Shown: piece by piece, positions 1 through 12,226 of the stretch
Layout: every line of letters begins with the position of its first letter
Position numbering within the stretch: the first letter of the stretch is position 1
Assembly (NCBI GenBank): GCA_023213395.1
Contig: CM041465.1
Span: 83,707,741-83,771,740, forward strand
Origin: Cycas panzhihuaensis
Taxonomy: Eukaryota > Plantae > Cycadophyta
Length of the DNA: 64,000 nt
Reading direction: 5' to 3'
Position numbers and translations under genes: made by a program
Notes under the pieces: generated by a model
What the model saw: the letters and a program-made list of their open reading frames with translations, nothing else
Databases searched by the model: none
Told to the model about the DNA's origin: nothing

Positions 1-1240
1 ATCTAGGTATTTTTTTCTCACTTTTACAATAGGCTTTTAAGTCTTATAGAAAGAAGGAAGAAAATTTCTTCATTTTTTTTTTAATACAAAAAAATAGTCT
101 TCACTAAATCAGTAATAACTTTCTCCCATGATAACGAAATGGAGTGCTATAAACTATAATCAGAGCTTCATCTTCAAGAAGTGGAATCATGTCCAAATGA
201 GTTCTATAAAGTTTTTGGTAGCCTCGCAAAGTTAGGAGAATATATTTTTCTAGAATTCTTACTAAAAATAACTACTATTCACTAAAACATCAATAACTTC
301 CTCATACGACATCAAAATTAGGTGCTAATTTTTGTGTTGGAAAGTAGACTCATAGTCTCATCTTTGACATTGGAATAAGATCAAATGGAGCTCTATAGAA
401 AATTTTGTAGACCTATGAAGTTCAACAAGTAAATTTTATTTCTACAGAAATTTTAGCTTACTAATATCTCATTAACACATGATACCATATAAAATTTCCA
501 TAATTTTTTGATCACCAGGGTCCTAATATGGGTAAGGTGAGAGCATAAATTGATGGATATTTTAAATGTCTTAAAATTATTTTTAAAAAATTTGGTAAAA
601 CCTCCCCTTACAATCATTCTTCTAAAAGCTGAAAACTTTTGGTAGCATTTTTCCTTGTTAAATAGACAAAAAAATGGAAAAGAAAAAAAGAATAAGATAG
701 TATGAATGGCCATCAAAGGATTAGAATCCTTGGGCCTTAAAACTCCTTATATTGTACTTCTAAACCTAAAAAAGAGAAAGGGAAAGCAAACAATACAAAA
801 TATGCTATGGTAATAACTTGAAAACATTTCTAAATCCACTTTCACAATCTCCTTCATCACATAGATTGTTGGGGAGAAGGAAGTGATGGCTCCATTGCAA
901 GTGCATGTGAAGAATATGAAGGAAGCAAGCTCTGATACCACATAAAAAGATTGGATCTATCCTTCATCTCCATACACTAAACACAAAGATAAATATGGGA
1001 GTAAAAGAGAGTTGAGAGAAAGAAACTAGTTCTCACAAAATGAGGAGGTAAGAATCAACCTCCTCCATTGAGTTTTTACCTTCATATTGAGAGAGGGAGC
1101 ATTAGAGTTAAGTGAAATGAAATTATACATAATGCACATGAAAGTTCATTTCACTTAAGTGATCTAATTTAAAGTTTACTTAAGACCCTTTTTAGAAATA
1201 ATCAACTAATGTAATAACCTTGTGACATTAACCCTTTTCA
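1..1240 (-). mobile_element. Element A: 5' part of an LTR retrotransposon (5' LTR ~943-1240, Met-PBS, non-coding leader), inserted in the 5' LTR of copia B; continues left of the window
   Basis: gctctgatacca at 929-940 is the reverse complement of TGGTATCAGAGC. The minus-strand LTR starts TGAAAAGGG at 1240, exactly where similarity between the two LTRs of B stops. Confidence 0.7.
929..940 (-). promoter_or_regulatory. Primer-binding site (tRNA-iMet) of element A
   Basis: Perfect TGGTATCAGAGC on the minus strand. Confidence 0.9.
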
Positions 1241-1616
1241 CTAGTAACCCCCCAGGCAGGGATTCAGAGGCAGGAGCCCCTAAGAAAAAATTTTGGGTGT
1301 CTTTATCAGGCCGTGGTTTATGTCCATTATATTATAAAACTACAAAGTGATATCTTGTAATGTTGTATCTATATATTCTTATGTAATGGCACATGTAACA
1401 TGGTTATAGATGAATCTTTGATTAGTTGATGAGAAGAGTTAGGGTTTATTCATCTTTATAATTCTTTAGTTGTTACTTAAATTAATAAAAGGTTCATGCT
1501 TAGACCTACATCTCTTAGTGTTCTTTATTGGGTGCTTGGAATGCTTATGCTATTTGTTCTTTGCATGGTTTAGAGTTCTATTATTACATTACTTCTACGG
1601 TTATATTTTCTCTTCA
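1241..1616 (+). repeat. 5' LTR of B (first ~115 bp displaced by insertion of A)
   Basis: Colinear with ~5188-5573 (shared ggtttatgtccatt, acatgtaacatggtt, tagagttctatta, ggttatattttctct); ends in CA two bases before the PBS. Confidence 0.88.
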
Positions 1617-1704
1617 TTTGGTATCAAAGCTAAGGGTTTTTTAGTTTTGTGGGAAGCCATTTGGTAAGTGGGAGCCTTGTTCAATAAACTTGAGTATGAA
1701 GATT

Positions 1705-4700
1705 ATGCCAAGCACTACAAAGATGGAGATTGAAATATTCAATAGATAGAACTTTGAGTTGTGGAAGTTAAAGATTTAAGATATCCTCATTGAGAAGGAT
1801 CAATGGATCGTTGTAGTAGGAACAAAGCCTGTGACTATAGGTGATGAAGACTAGGATAAGCTTAATAAAAAAATAATAAGTTTGATAAGGTTATGCCTTT
1901 CAAATATGATGTTATTGAATATTGCCATAGAGTTTATAACTAAAGATCTATGGATAAATATAGAGACTTTGTATCAAACTAAGTCCTTGGTTAATAAGCT
2001 CTTTCTTTAGAGAAAGCCATATTCACTCAGGATGAGTGATGGAGATATAGTTATAGATCATCTCACTACATTTAACACCATGGTGAGCTAGCTTGTTTCA
2101 GTTGGGATAATGATATATGAAGAAGGTAAGTGTATTACTCTATTATATTTACTTTCTAATTCCTTAGGTAATCTTGTAATGATGATTAGCAGTATGACTA
2201 CTCCTACCTTAAAATTTGATGATGTTGTTATTACTCTACTGTTAAAAGAGATAAAGTAAAAATCTTTTGAGGATTATTCGAAAGAAACATTAGTAGTGAG
2301 AGGTTGAATATTAGATCGTAACCAATAAAGGCCTAGGAATAGATGGCTAAAATTCAGAGGAAAATCTAAATCTGTAGGTAGAGTCCCTTTGATATGCTAG
2401 AGATGTAGAAAGGATGGCCATATCAAGAGCCAATGTCGAGTCAAGGTTGACAAGGGAAAGTCACTTGAAGCTACTTCTTCCATGATAGCAAAAGCCTCTA
2501 ATGAAGCCGATGGCGATGTTTATTTGGCAACCTTAAGTAAGTTGTGAAATGTTGAGTCTTGGTTAATTGACTCTAGTGCTTTTCTTCATGTTACTCCCCA
2601 TAGGGATTGGTTTTGTGAATACACAAGTATTGATGGAGGTAAAGTATTTCTTGGGGAGCATAGAAGTCTTTATTAAATTCAAAGAATTTAAGGCCTTAGT
2701 TGAGAATTAGAGTGATAGGTAGATTAAGGTATTGAGCACTAATAATAGAGGAGAGTTTTGCTTAAAGGAGTTTGAGTAGTTTTGTAAGTAGTGTGGGATA
2801 GCAAGGTAAAAGATAATTCCCTATACACCATAGCAGAATAGAGTTGTTGAAAGGATGAATAGGACCTTACTAGAGAGATCAAGGAGTATGCTTAATGATG
2901 TTAGATTAGAGAAGAAATTATGAGCTGAGGCTATGATGACTGTGAGCTACTTGATAAACAGGTGCCTTAGTGTATAAAACACTTGAAGAAGTGTGGTCTA
3001 GTAAGAAACCATCTCTTGGTTATTTTAGAGTTTTTGGTTATGAAGATTTTATACATATTCCTAAATAACAAAAGACTAAGCTTGATTTCAAAGCATAAAA
3101 TACTATTTTCATTGGCAATGGTGATGGTGTTGAAGGGTATAAGACTTATAACCTTGAAACATAAAAGGTTGTGTATAGTCATGATATGTTGTTTTTAGAG
3201 AGGAGTTCAAGTCTCTAAAGCAGGATCAAGAACCAAAGGAGGAACACTCTAAGAAAGTATAATTTAAAGTGAGGGATGAAGATTCTACATCAGAACATAA
3301 TTAGCTAAATAAGAAGAACTAGTTGTAGATGTAGCTCAACCTCAAGAACCCCACATCTTGAGGAGATCAACTCGTGAGAGAAGACAACCTGATAGGTATA
3401 TCCCTAAAGACTTTATCACTCCTCTTTTATTTTATTTACTATAGATGATAATCCAAGTATTATTTAGGAGGCTCTAGATTCCAAAGAGAGCCAACTCCAG
3501 ATGAAGGCCATGCAAGAAAAAATAATAGCCTTGGACAAAAATAATGTATAGGATTTGGTGGATTTACCTAATAGTAGAAAACCTATTAATAACAAATAGA
3601 TCTTTAGGAAGAAGTTCTGGGTAAATGGTACTGTGGAAAAGTATAAGGTTTGCTTGGTAGAAAAGAGATATTCCCAAGTCAAGGGAATAGATTTTGGTGA
3701 GGTATTTTCTCCTGTTATAAAAATTACTTCAATTAGATTTTTATTGGATGTAGTAGATGCCTATGTCCTTCAGGTGGATCAAATGGATATGAAGATTGTA
3801 TTTCTTTATGGTGACCTCGAGGAAGAAATTTATATGTTGCAACTTAAAGGATTTGAAGTTGTGAAAAAGGAGAATATGGTATATAGGTTGAAAAAGTCAT
3901 TATGTGGCTTGAAACAATCACTAAGAGTGTGGTATTAGAAGTTTGATTCACATATATTGATGGATGGCTTTGTGTATAGCAAAGTAAATTATTATGTTTA
4001 TTATAAGTAAGTTGGTGATTATTTTGCTATTCTGGCTTTATATTTTGATGGCATCCTTTTAGTTGGTAACAATAAAGAAATGAACTAACTTGTGAAAGGC
4101 CAAGTGGCATCTTACTTTGAGATGAAGGACCTTGGTGCTATATATTTTATTTTAGGCATTGAGATTAAAAAGGATAGGAAAAATATGAAGATTTGGCTTA
4201 GCCAAAGATAATACATTGAGACAATATTACAACAATTCAACTTATAGGATAGTAAACCATTTAGTGTCCCTCTTCTTACTAGTTTAAAATTATCAACTAA
4301 ACAATACCCAAAGACTCACCAAGAAGTTGAATACATGGCATTTATCCCTTATGCTAGTGTTGTTGATAGCCTAATATATGCGATGGTTTAAGCTTGAACA
4401 AACATTGCCCATGGAGTGGGAGTAATTAGCATATATATGTCAAACCTAGGCAGGGAGCATTGGTGGCTATGAAAAGAATTTTCAAGTATCTATGAGGTAT
4501 ATTAGACTATGTAATTTGCTATTAAGGAGATCTCATGGAGAGTAGAACAATGAACTTGAAAGGTTTTATTGATGCTAATTGGGTTGGAGATCTTGACAGT
4601 AGAAGATCTATAAGTAGGTATGTTTTTATCCTTTGTGGTGATGCAGTTAATTGGATGAGTAAAAGATAAAAAGTTGTGACACTTTATAGCATAGAATCAG

Positions 4701-5030
4701 AGTATATGGTAGCTACTCATGCATGTAAGGAATCAGTTTAGTTACAAAGATTATGCATAGATATTAGCTTCAAGTAGAATGTTGTGAGGATAAATTATGA
4801 TAGTCAAAGTATAATATGCATAGCAAAAAACCTTAATTTTCATGATCGATCAAAGCATATTAATGTGCAGTTCCATTTTGTGAGAGAAATACTTCAAGAT
4901 CACAAGGTAGATTTACAGAAGATTACTACATAGGAGAATGTTGTAGACTCATTGACCAAAATTATTAACATAGAAAAATTTAGATGGTGTAGAAATACAA
5001 TGGGTGTTTATGATTTTTGCATTAAGTAGT
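1705..5030 (+). pseudogene. copia gag-pol pseudogene of B
   Basis: Motifs FELWKLK (gag), CxxCxKDGH (zinc knuckle), WLIDSSA (protease), PYTPxQNxVERMNRTL (integrase), ORF 3633-3938 GIDFGEVFSPV/QMDMKIVFLYGDLEEEIYM (RT), DANWVGDLDSRRS and SKHINVQFHFVRE (RNase H); many stops. Confidence 0.92.
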
Positions 5031-5073
5031 TATATATGCAGGTTCCTTGTAAAGTGTTCAATAAGTAGGAGAT

Positions 5074-5573
5074 TATTAGATATGTTGAACACTTTGCAAG
5101 TGTTACATGGGTATAGGTGTTACACCCAAACCCCTTTATAGGGTCTGGAGGCTTGTTGTAAGGCTCCCGGTTGGGGGGTTTAGGAGGCCAACAGTCCTCC
5201 AAATGGGGGTTTGGGGGTGAGAGCCCCTAAAAAATATTTTAGGTGTCTTATAGGGCTCTTTGTTAGCCCATGGTTTATGTCCATTGTATTATAAAACTAC
5301 AAGGTGGTATCTTATAATATTGTATCTATATATTCTTATGTAATGACACATGTAACATGGTTGTGGATGAGTCTTTGATCAGTTGATGAGAAGAATTAGG
5401 GTTTATTCATCTCTATAATTCTTTAGCTATTACTCGTATTAATAAAATGTCCATGCTTAAACCTGAATATCCTAATGTTCTTTATTGAGTGCTTAGCTTA
5501 TTTATACTATTTGTTCACTATATAGTTTAGAGTTCTATTATCACATTACTTCTATGGTTATATTTTCTCTTTA
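5074..5573 (+). repeat. 3' LTR of B (~500 bp)
   Basis: Follows the PPT; termini TA...TA interpreted as decayed TG...CA; matches 1241-1616. Confidence 0.85.
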
Positions 5574-8500
5574 GTCACCCTCTTCAAAGTGAAGGGGAGC
5601 TTGGTTAACCGAAGGGGGTAGAGGAGTATTAGGCTAACCTAGGTCAGCTAGAGGTGACCCCAAGGCTAAGCATTTCCAAAATCTAAGCTTGTGATGACCA
5701 AAAGGGAGGTTGGGTATGGAGCATGTTAGGTGATCTAATAAGGCCTCATCATCCTCAAAGTAATCTATACCATGGATGGTCTTGCTTGATGAGGATAAAG
5801 GACAAGATAAAAGAGGACTGATAGGCCTGTAGTGATCAATCCAACATTCCACATAATTAGGGGTCTCCTCAGAGGAATTAGAGGGTGTCCTCCTATTTCG
5901 TTACACCCTATCATGTAGAAGGGAGAGTTAGTCAAGACCTAGATTACTGGCTATAGAGTCATCACATAAAAAGGGAAGCTCCTTATCTTCATCATCTACA
6001 GGAGATGATGAAGTTTGGGGAGGTGATAGAGACAAGATAGGTCAAGAGTCCATGCATGTAATAGGAGTGACCATGCATGGCTCCTAAGATGTACTTGGAG
6101 TACTATGGTTTGCTAAAGGAGTTATAGGCTGAGACCTGAGGCTATAGGGAAGATGGGGCGTGTGCCCCATACGGGTGTTAAGGAGGGATATAGGATGAGG
6201 AAGTTCCTCACACTTATCATTGGACTCATGGATACTTATAACAATGAGGTACCCATAGCTCCTAACACCAATGGGGGTTACCAGATCAAGTTTGAGGAGG
6301 ATGGAAAAGGCTCCTCTTCCTCTTTAAGAGTGTTAGGGATATCAATCATATAGGTGGTGGAATAGGTAGGCAAATCCTTATTACCCTCACTTAGCTCATG
6401 AGCCACCTGACTCAATTAATAAGATAATCGCATAGGAGGTGGTTCCTAGGAAATAACTTTCAGTTATCCTTTATGGATGAATTTGAGTTGCCCCCATCAT
6501 GATGAACACATAACTTCTATTTGGTCTAGCCATGGGCATCCTAATATAAGGTTGTAGTCCATGTCAATGTCGAGGACTATTATATCTATGAGGATGGTTT
6601 TATCCTCAAGGATGAGAGGGATAGAAACCAATCCCAAGGGTGTATTTTTTCTACCATCGTATCCTTCACATCACTATGGAACTAGCTCAAGGGCTATTAT
6701 ACCTATTTCTTGCATTATACATAAGGGCATAATATTAACAGAAGAACCATTATCTACAAATATCCTTTTAAGGAAACACTTAGGAGTATCAATAGAAATA
6801 GTGAAGGGGTAGTGACACTGACACTCCCTTTCACTTGTGAGTGGGAGGTCTTTGAGGTCAAAAGCAATTAGGGGCTCCTGGTTTGGGACAACACCCAAAA
6901 CATGAATAGGGACATTGATATGACCTAAAGCCTAAAAGAGAAGAGCGTATTGCTTGGGGAAACTCTACATAATATCCATCATAGACATCCCTATGGCCAT
7001 GGTGTGGATCTCATCAATTATGGAGAATGATTCCCCTTCCCAGTAGGTTAGGGAGGTCCCCTTCAAAAATCATAATGCCTAGGGTAGACGAGAATGGTCT
7101 TTGGGACCATAGGGATCTCAGAGGGTAGATTATCTACAAGAAAAGAAGTAAAGGCCCTGACAACCTCCTTAGTTGCTTAAGACCTTATGATAGGGCACAT
7201 AGGGATGGTCTTGAGCATTTGAATGACTCTCTTCCCTTTATTTCTAGGTTGAGAAGAAGATGATTGATGGTGAGAACTAGGAGTGGAAGATGAACCCCTT
7301 ACCCCCTTTCCCTTTGCCTATTCAGGAGTGGGGTTAGGAGATCATCCCCTATTTCTAGTCCCTCTATCTTGAGTAAATGGATCTATTCCCTATGTTTGGG
7401 GAAAGGATTATGATAAATAGGTTGATCTAGGTTGGGCCTAAACACTTGTTTAGGGGAAGAATCATGCAGTGCGGTAAGCTTGAGGTGTTGCACCCAATAT
7501 TTTAAATCTTCATTGAAGCACTTGCTATGGACAGAGTAGCACTTCTTCTCAGGGGAAGTTTTTTCCCTCCTTACTTAAGAAGCTTGGGCGTTTCTACCTT
7601 TAGACGATGTAGCTTAGGATGCCTAATGGATAGGCCTACAAGAATCTGAAGAGGATTGAGAGGGTTGGAGATTTAGCTCCTTCAATATATATTTAAACAA
7701 ATATATGGTGGAAGCTAAAGGGTCTAAGGTCTTCTCCATTGTATGGGTAGAAGGCCTTGGGAGTTGTTGGGGTCATTGGTTGTATGACAGAGGGGGTGCC
7801 TCACATCGTTATGATGACTTGGGAGGCCTTTTGAGACCCATCTAGATCTTAATTGCTTTAAGCACCAAGCACTTAGCTATAGCAAATTTCCATATCGTTG
7901 CTCCCATTTCGAGGACCTCAACATAGATCTTGGGATGGAGGCCATTTATGAAAATATCTCTCTTCAATTCCTCGAGCAACGTGGCCTTCGTGGAATGGAG
8001 GAGGTTATGATAACACCTCACAAAGTCATGATTTATTTCATTGTGACCTTATTTAAGGGAGAGTAGGGCTTTAATCCCACTCTCAAAAGTATGAGCTATG
8101 TTGAAGTAGTTAATGAACTCATCTACTAATTATTGGAAGGTATGGATTTGATGGGTAAGGAGATGATAAAACCATTTGAGGGCATCTCCATGTAAAGAGC
8201 GAGGAAATAGTTTCAATAGTATGTGGTCATAAGCCCAATAATTGATACATGCCATGGAGAAGCACCTAATATGTTTAGTTGGGCTTGTGACAAGGTACTA
8301 TCAAATTTGGGTACCTTAGGAGGGTGAGGTAGTAGGTTGGTCCCAAGCACCTCAATAGATAATGGGGTTGATCTATAGTAAATGAAGGGATGAACCTTAG
8401 GTTGAGCTAAAGGATCAATGAGAGATAAAGGAGGGGGTAGATATGGATACCTGGGTCCTCCTTGAGGGGTTTAAGCATATGAAGATTATAGGTTCCCACC

Positions 8501-9620
8501 TAGTTAGTGAGAAGGGGCCATTCCCATTTGAGAGAAGGTTAGGTATGAAGGAAGTGGGCAAGAGGGACCCCCTTCTCCTTGAGGATATGCCTCTTATTAG
8601 GTGAGCATATGAGAGAATGGGCCTTGAGGAGGGTTGAATCCTCCTTATAAAGGCATCATGTATGGGGTAGAACATGAAGAGGATGAGGGTGGATGTGACA
8701 CAGGGTTTTGCCTGAATGAGCCACCTACAGGGGGTGTGACTCTGTAAGGGTGTTACAGATCCACCCTATAGATTAGGAGAGGGGTTTCCCTTTCCATGCC
8801 CCTAAGGTTGGGATGTATAACCTAGAGGGACATAAAGAGAAGGATCTACTGGTTGTGGTCAAGGATAGGTGCATAGGGACAAGCCCCATGTGGCCCAAAG
8901 ATTGGGGATGTGAAAGTCCCCTAAGTCACATAAGAGGAGTATAAACCATGGTTGGTTGAGGCATGGTTGCCTAACTTGGGAGGGGTATGCTCAACCTAAT
9001 TTAGGATGTGAGTGCACACTGGATAGTCTCTTGCATAGGAAGGATGTGCAAAGAGAATCAAACAATAGGAGGTGGTCCTATCGTGGCTATGGTTATAAGT
9101 AGAGAGGGACCAAAAGGTGTAATAATGGAAGAAGATGGTGCCATGCTATGAAGGATACTTTCTAGCCACTTTAGAGGTGACTGGGCACTTGCAACTTAGA
9201 AGCATTATTGCAATGCTTCTACAACATTTGTGGGGGTGGTTCCCACTTACTCATATGAGGTGGAAGGCTCCTCATGTAAGATGGGACCTGCAGGGTAGTC
9301 CTCATGGGAACTATCACCAGGGTGATAGTACTCCATAAGAGTAGATGCACCTATGTCATGTGTAAGAAGCTAATGATAGTCTAGGTGCTCTTGGTCACCC
9401 TAGTAAAAGATGGGACCATCACCCTCTTGGGCAAAATCTTGAAGGGAAGTTAGAATATGGGCTTGGGTTTCAGAAACATAAGCATGGTATGCTCACTCTG
9501 ATCGGTATCCCTCCATTATCGATTTAAAATTAGATAAAGGGAGGGAGGAATATGAAAACTCTTTTGAGACAAGGGGAAGACCTCACAAGCAACATGAGAA
9601 ATGTTGAATTCACATCTTAC
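5574..9620 (-). pseudogene. gypsy gag-protease pseudogene of C
   Basis: Proline-rich N-terminus; retrotrans-gag-like LFPRSLHGDALKWFY (~8165-8215); ORF 6674-6898 RIFVDNGSSVNIMPL (protease); ORF 5634-5852 DYFEDDEALL...PNLPFGHHKLRF matches K ORF 63632-63937 DHFKNDEVIA...PDFPHGYHKLGF. Confidence 0.85.
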
Positions 9621-9757
9621 CCAATGTCACAGAAGAAATAATAATAAATAGAATAAGGGAGTTGTTTAGGGTTACCCAACAAATCTAAGGGGTATATAAA
9701 GAAAAGAGATGCAAATGCTAACATAAAGAGAAACTATGGTATTCCTTTATTGGTAAT

Positions 9758-9775
9758 TCCCTAGTATGGTTGTCA
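9758..9775 (-). promoter_or_regulatory. Degenerate tRNA-Arg-type PBS of C
   Basis: Minus strand TGACAACCATACTAGGGA differs from the inferred consensus TGGCGACCATGCTGGGGA only by transitions; adjacent LTR ends ...cttcCA. Confidence 0.65.
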
Positions 9776-12226
9776 GTGGAAGTGTGGCTTTGGAGGGTCA
9801 CTATGGATAAGGACCTCTAGGCCAGCACTAAAACTATAAAAAGGGTCCTAGAGACCTCGAAGGAAGAATAGGTCACCCTTAAAGGGTATCTGTGCATTAG
9901 AATGTAGGTTCAAAGACTCACAAATAGCGTGGTAACCTTGTCTTCTTCCTAGATACCTTCCTTGGTTTAAGCTGGGCAATGAGGGGTCTTCAAGTAGCTG
10001 AATAGCCTGAGAGGGAGCTCTCCTATCCTTGGAGGGAAAGAAGAGGAGTTAGACCTCCTTTTAGAAAAGAAGACAAGTGAAAGAGGGAAAGATTAGTGAT
10101 AAGGTGAGAAGCAGCTTTGGCAAGCCTACTTGAAGTCTAGGAGTGTATCAGGAAGATTGTAGGGTCTTGAGTGCTAAGTCCCTAAGAAGGAGAGAATTTT
10201 ACCACCATCCAAGGGGCAACCCAAGTTGCAATCTCTTCTTTTGTAACCAAAAGAGCAAGATGATATGAGTGCAATGAAAAGAGGTGGAGAGAAACCATGA
10301 ATGTATCATGACAACTAGGTTATGAAGTCTTCTCAGGTTTCTAAGAAGAATAGAAAGATCTTTGGAATTGATGTTTACTATATAGTAAGGTGTGGTTTGG
10401 TTTTGTTTATGTGGGTCTATCGTGGCATTTCAATTTCAAATAAAGATGACTACTACCAAAGAAAGGAAACACACTAAGAAATTCAAAGCAAGCACATGTA
10501 ATAACAATACAACCTTTTCCTTATTTATTGCCTTATTTCATTTCACCTCTAGATGTATACAATGAAGGCTACGAGTGTGGAAGAGGAAAGGGAAAGGTTT
10601 AATACAAGGAGTTACCTTGCATGGGTATACCTCCTCTTTTAATAAGAGGAGGATCGAGTTCTTTAAGAGGTAAATGCTCTCTAAAAAAAAAGAATGCAAA
10701 ATGATATGATCTCTTTATTTCCCTCCCCTTTATAACATGCAATGAAAGGAAAAAGGCTTTTCAAAGAGAAACTTTTAAATCTTTTCTTTTCTTTAGAATA
10801 GAAAAAATGGGATAGGAGGAGAAGGGGGCCTAGGAAAGTGCGCACCTAATTATGGCATTTGGTTCCATGTTTCATTACACCCCTTCATTGTCACTCTTTA
10901 CAATGTGTCCTCGCAAGTTACTACCCCTTTTATTTCCATTGTTTACTATGAAAGTTATTGGAGTTGGAGGGAGGGGCTTCCTTACCTTCCCTTATCCTCT
11001 AAGTGGGGCTTACTTACAATCCCCAAATAAGAAATGACATAATAATGAAAATGAAAATGAAGTAGAAATAAAACTAGAAATAAGTGCAATGCTACTCCTT
11101 TTGCAATTTGTTACTTGATTTACAAAACAACCTCTAACATGTAGCACAAAATAGAGCAAGTCCTCCTACAAGCAAGATATATGTGTATATATATTCTTGG
11201 TTTACAATATTAGTATGTAGATGTGAGAACCAAAGGTGAAACGAATATGAGATGATGTATTTCTTGCTTAATAATTTTGGTTAGTGTGTGAAACAATCAT
11301 AATATGCAAAGAGAGGAAAGAAAATGAGTGTTGCCTTAGGATGGTAAGCTCTTTTAAGTGGCAACTAGTCCCTACAAGCTATGAGAAGCTTAGTTGACTA
11401 GGGTTTGGAAGCAAATACAAAGTGGATATGCATGTGTGCAGGCCTCACAACATACCAAAACCCTAAAGCTAGTGGTAGAGTGTAAGGAAATGCACCTTAA
11501 AGCATTAACAGGGGATTGCCCAAGCGAGATGCAGCTTTAGGAATCAAAACTCTAGCCTATGGGCCTCTTCATAAGCTCCTTTATCTTGGTTTGGCTTCCT
11601 TGTCTCCGAAAAGATAAAGGATTTAGTATGGGAGGATGAGAAAGATGGTGAAGAAGAGGTATTACGTCCTTGTGCTAAGCAAAATATGGCCTAAAATCAA
11701 TACAAAACTATTCCAAGCATAGATATAAGGTCATATGGCTAAAAATAGCAAAGAATAAACCATAAAGAATGAGATTCTTGCAAGGGAGAATTAGGTAAAA
11801 TAGATTTATAATGCAAGTATGATGTTTCAAATTGAAGAATGATGTTGGAGAAGATGAAATCTTTGTTTTATAAAGAGAAGAAGGATATCCTTTGTCATTT
11901 GCTTGATGGGAAGGCTTTCCTTGCTTGGCTTGGCCTGCTCTTGGTTATTCTCTCCTTTCTTGTGGAAGAAAACTTGTAATTCCTATGTGTAGGAGGAGTG
12001 GGAGAGAGTTGAAGAAGGAAGGATAAAAGAAAAGAGTTGTTCTCCTACAAAAAGAGTGTTTTTCCTTAAGTTAAATAGAAGAATTATTCAGGAACATGAA
12101 ATCATACACAAATGTTCCCATACACAGGATCTTTAACCATACATAATAAATAATAAATAGAAAACGTAGAAAATAGGTGCACAGTACATAGTATATATGT
12201 GGGAAACCCTTTCGAGAAAAAACCCA

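Larger units (their letters stand above)
1241..5573 (+). mobile_element. Element B: decayed Ty1/copia LTR retrotransposon, inserted into gypsy C
   Basis: 5' LTR remnant 1241-1616 aligns with the 3' LTR 5074-5573. PBS TGGTATCAAAGC at 1619-1630; PPT-like aagtaggagat just before 5074; gag-PR-IN-RT-RH domain order. Confidence 0.92.

Noticed and set aside
1470-1667. Hydrophobic ORF suggesting an env-like or membrane peptide
   Set aside because: It lies in the T-rich end of the B LTR and crosses the PBS; the hydrophobicity follows from base composition.
6674-6898. Protease active site DNG (C) and DEG (K, 62358-62699) instead of D[ST]G
   Set aside because: D-x-G-S-S variants are common in non-chromovirus gypsy proteases, and these copies are decayed.
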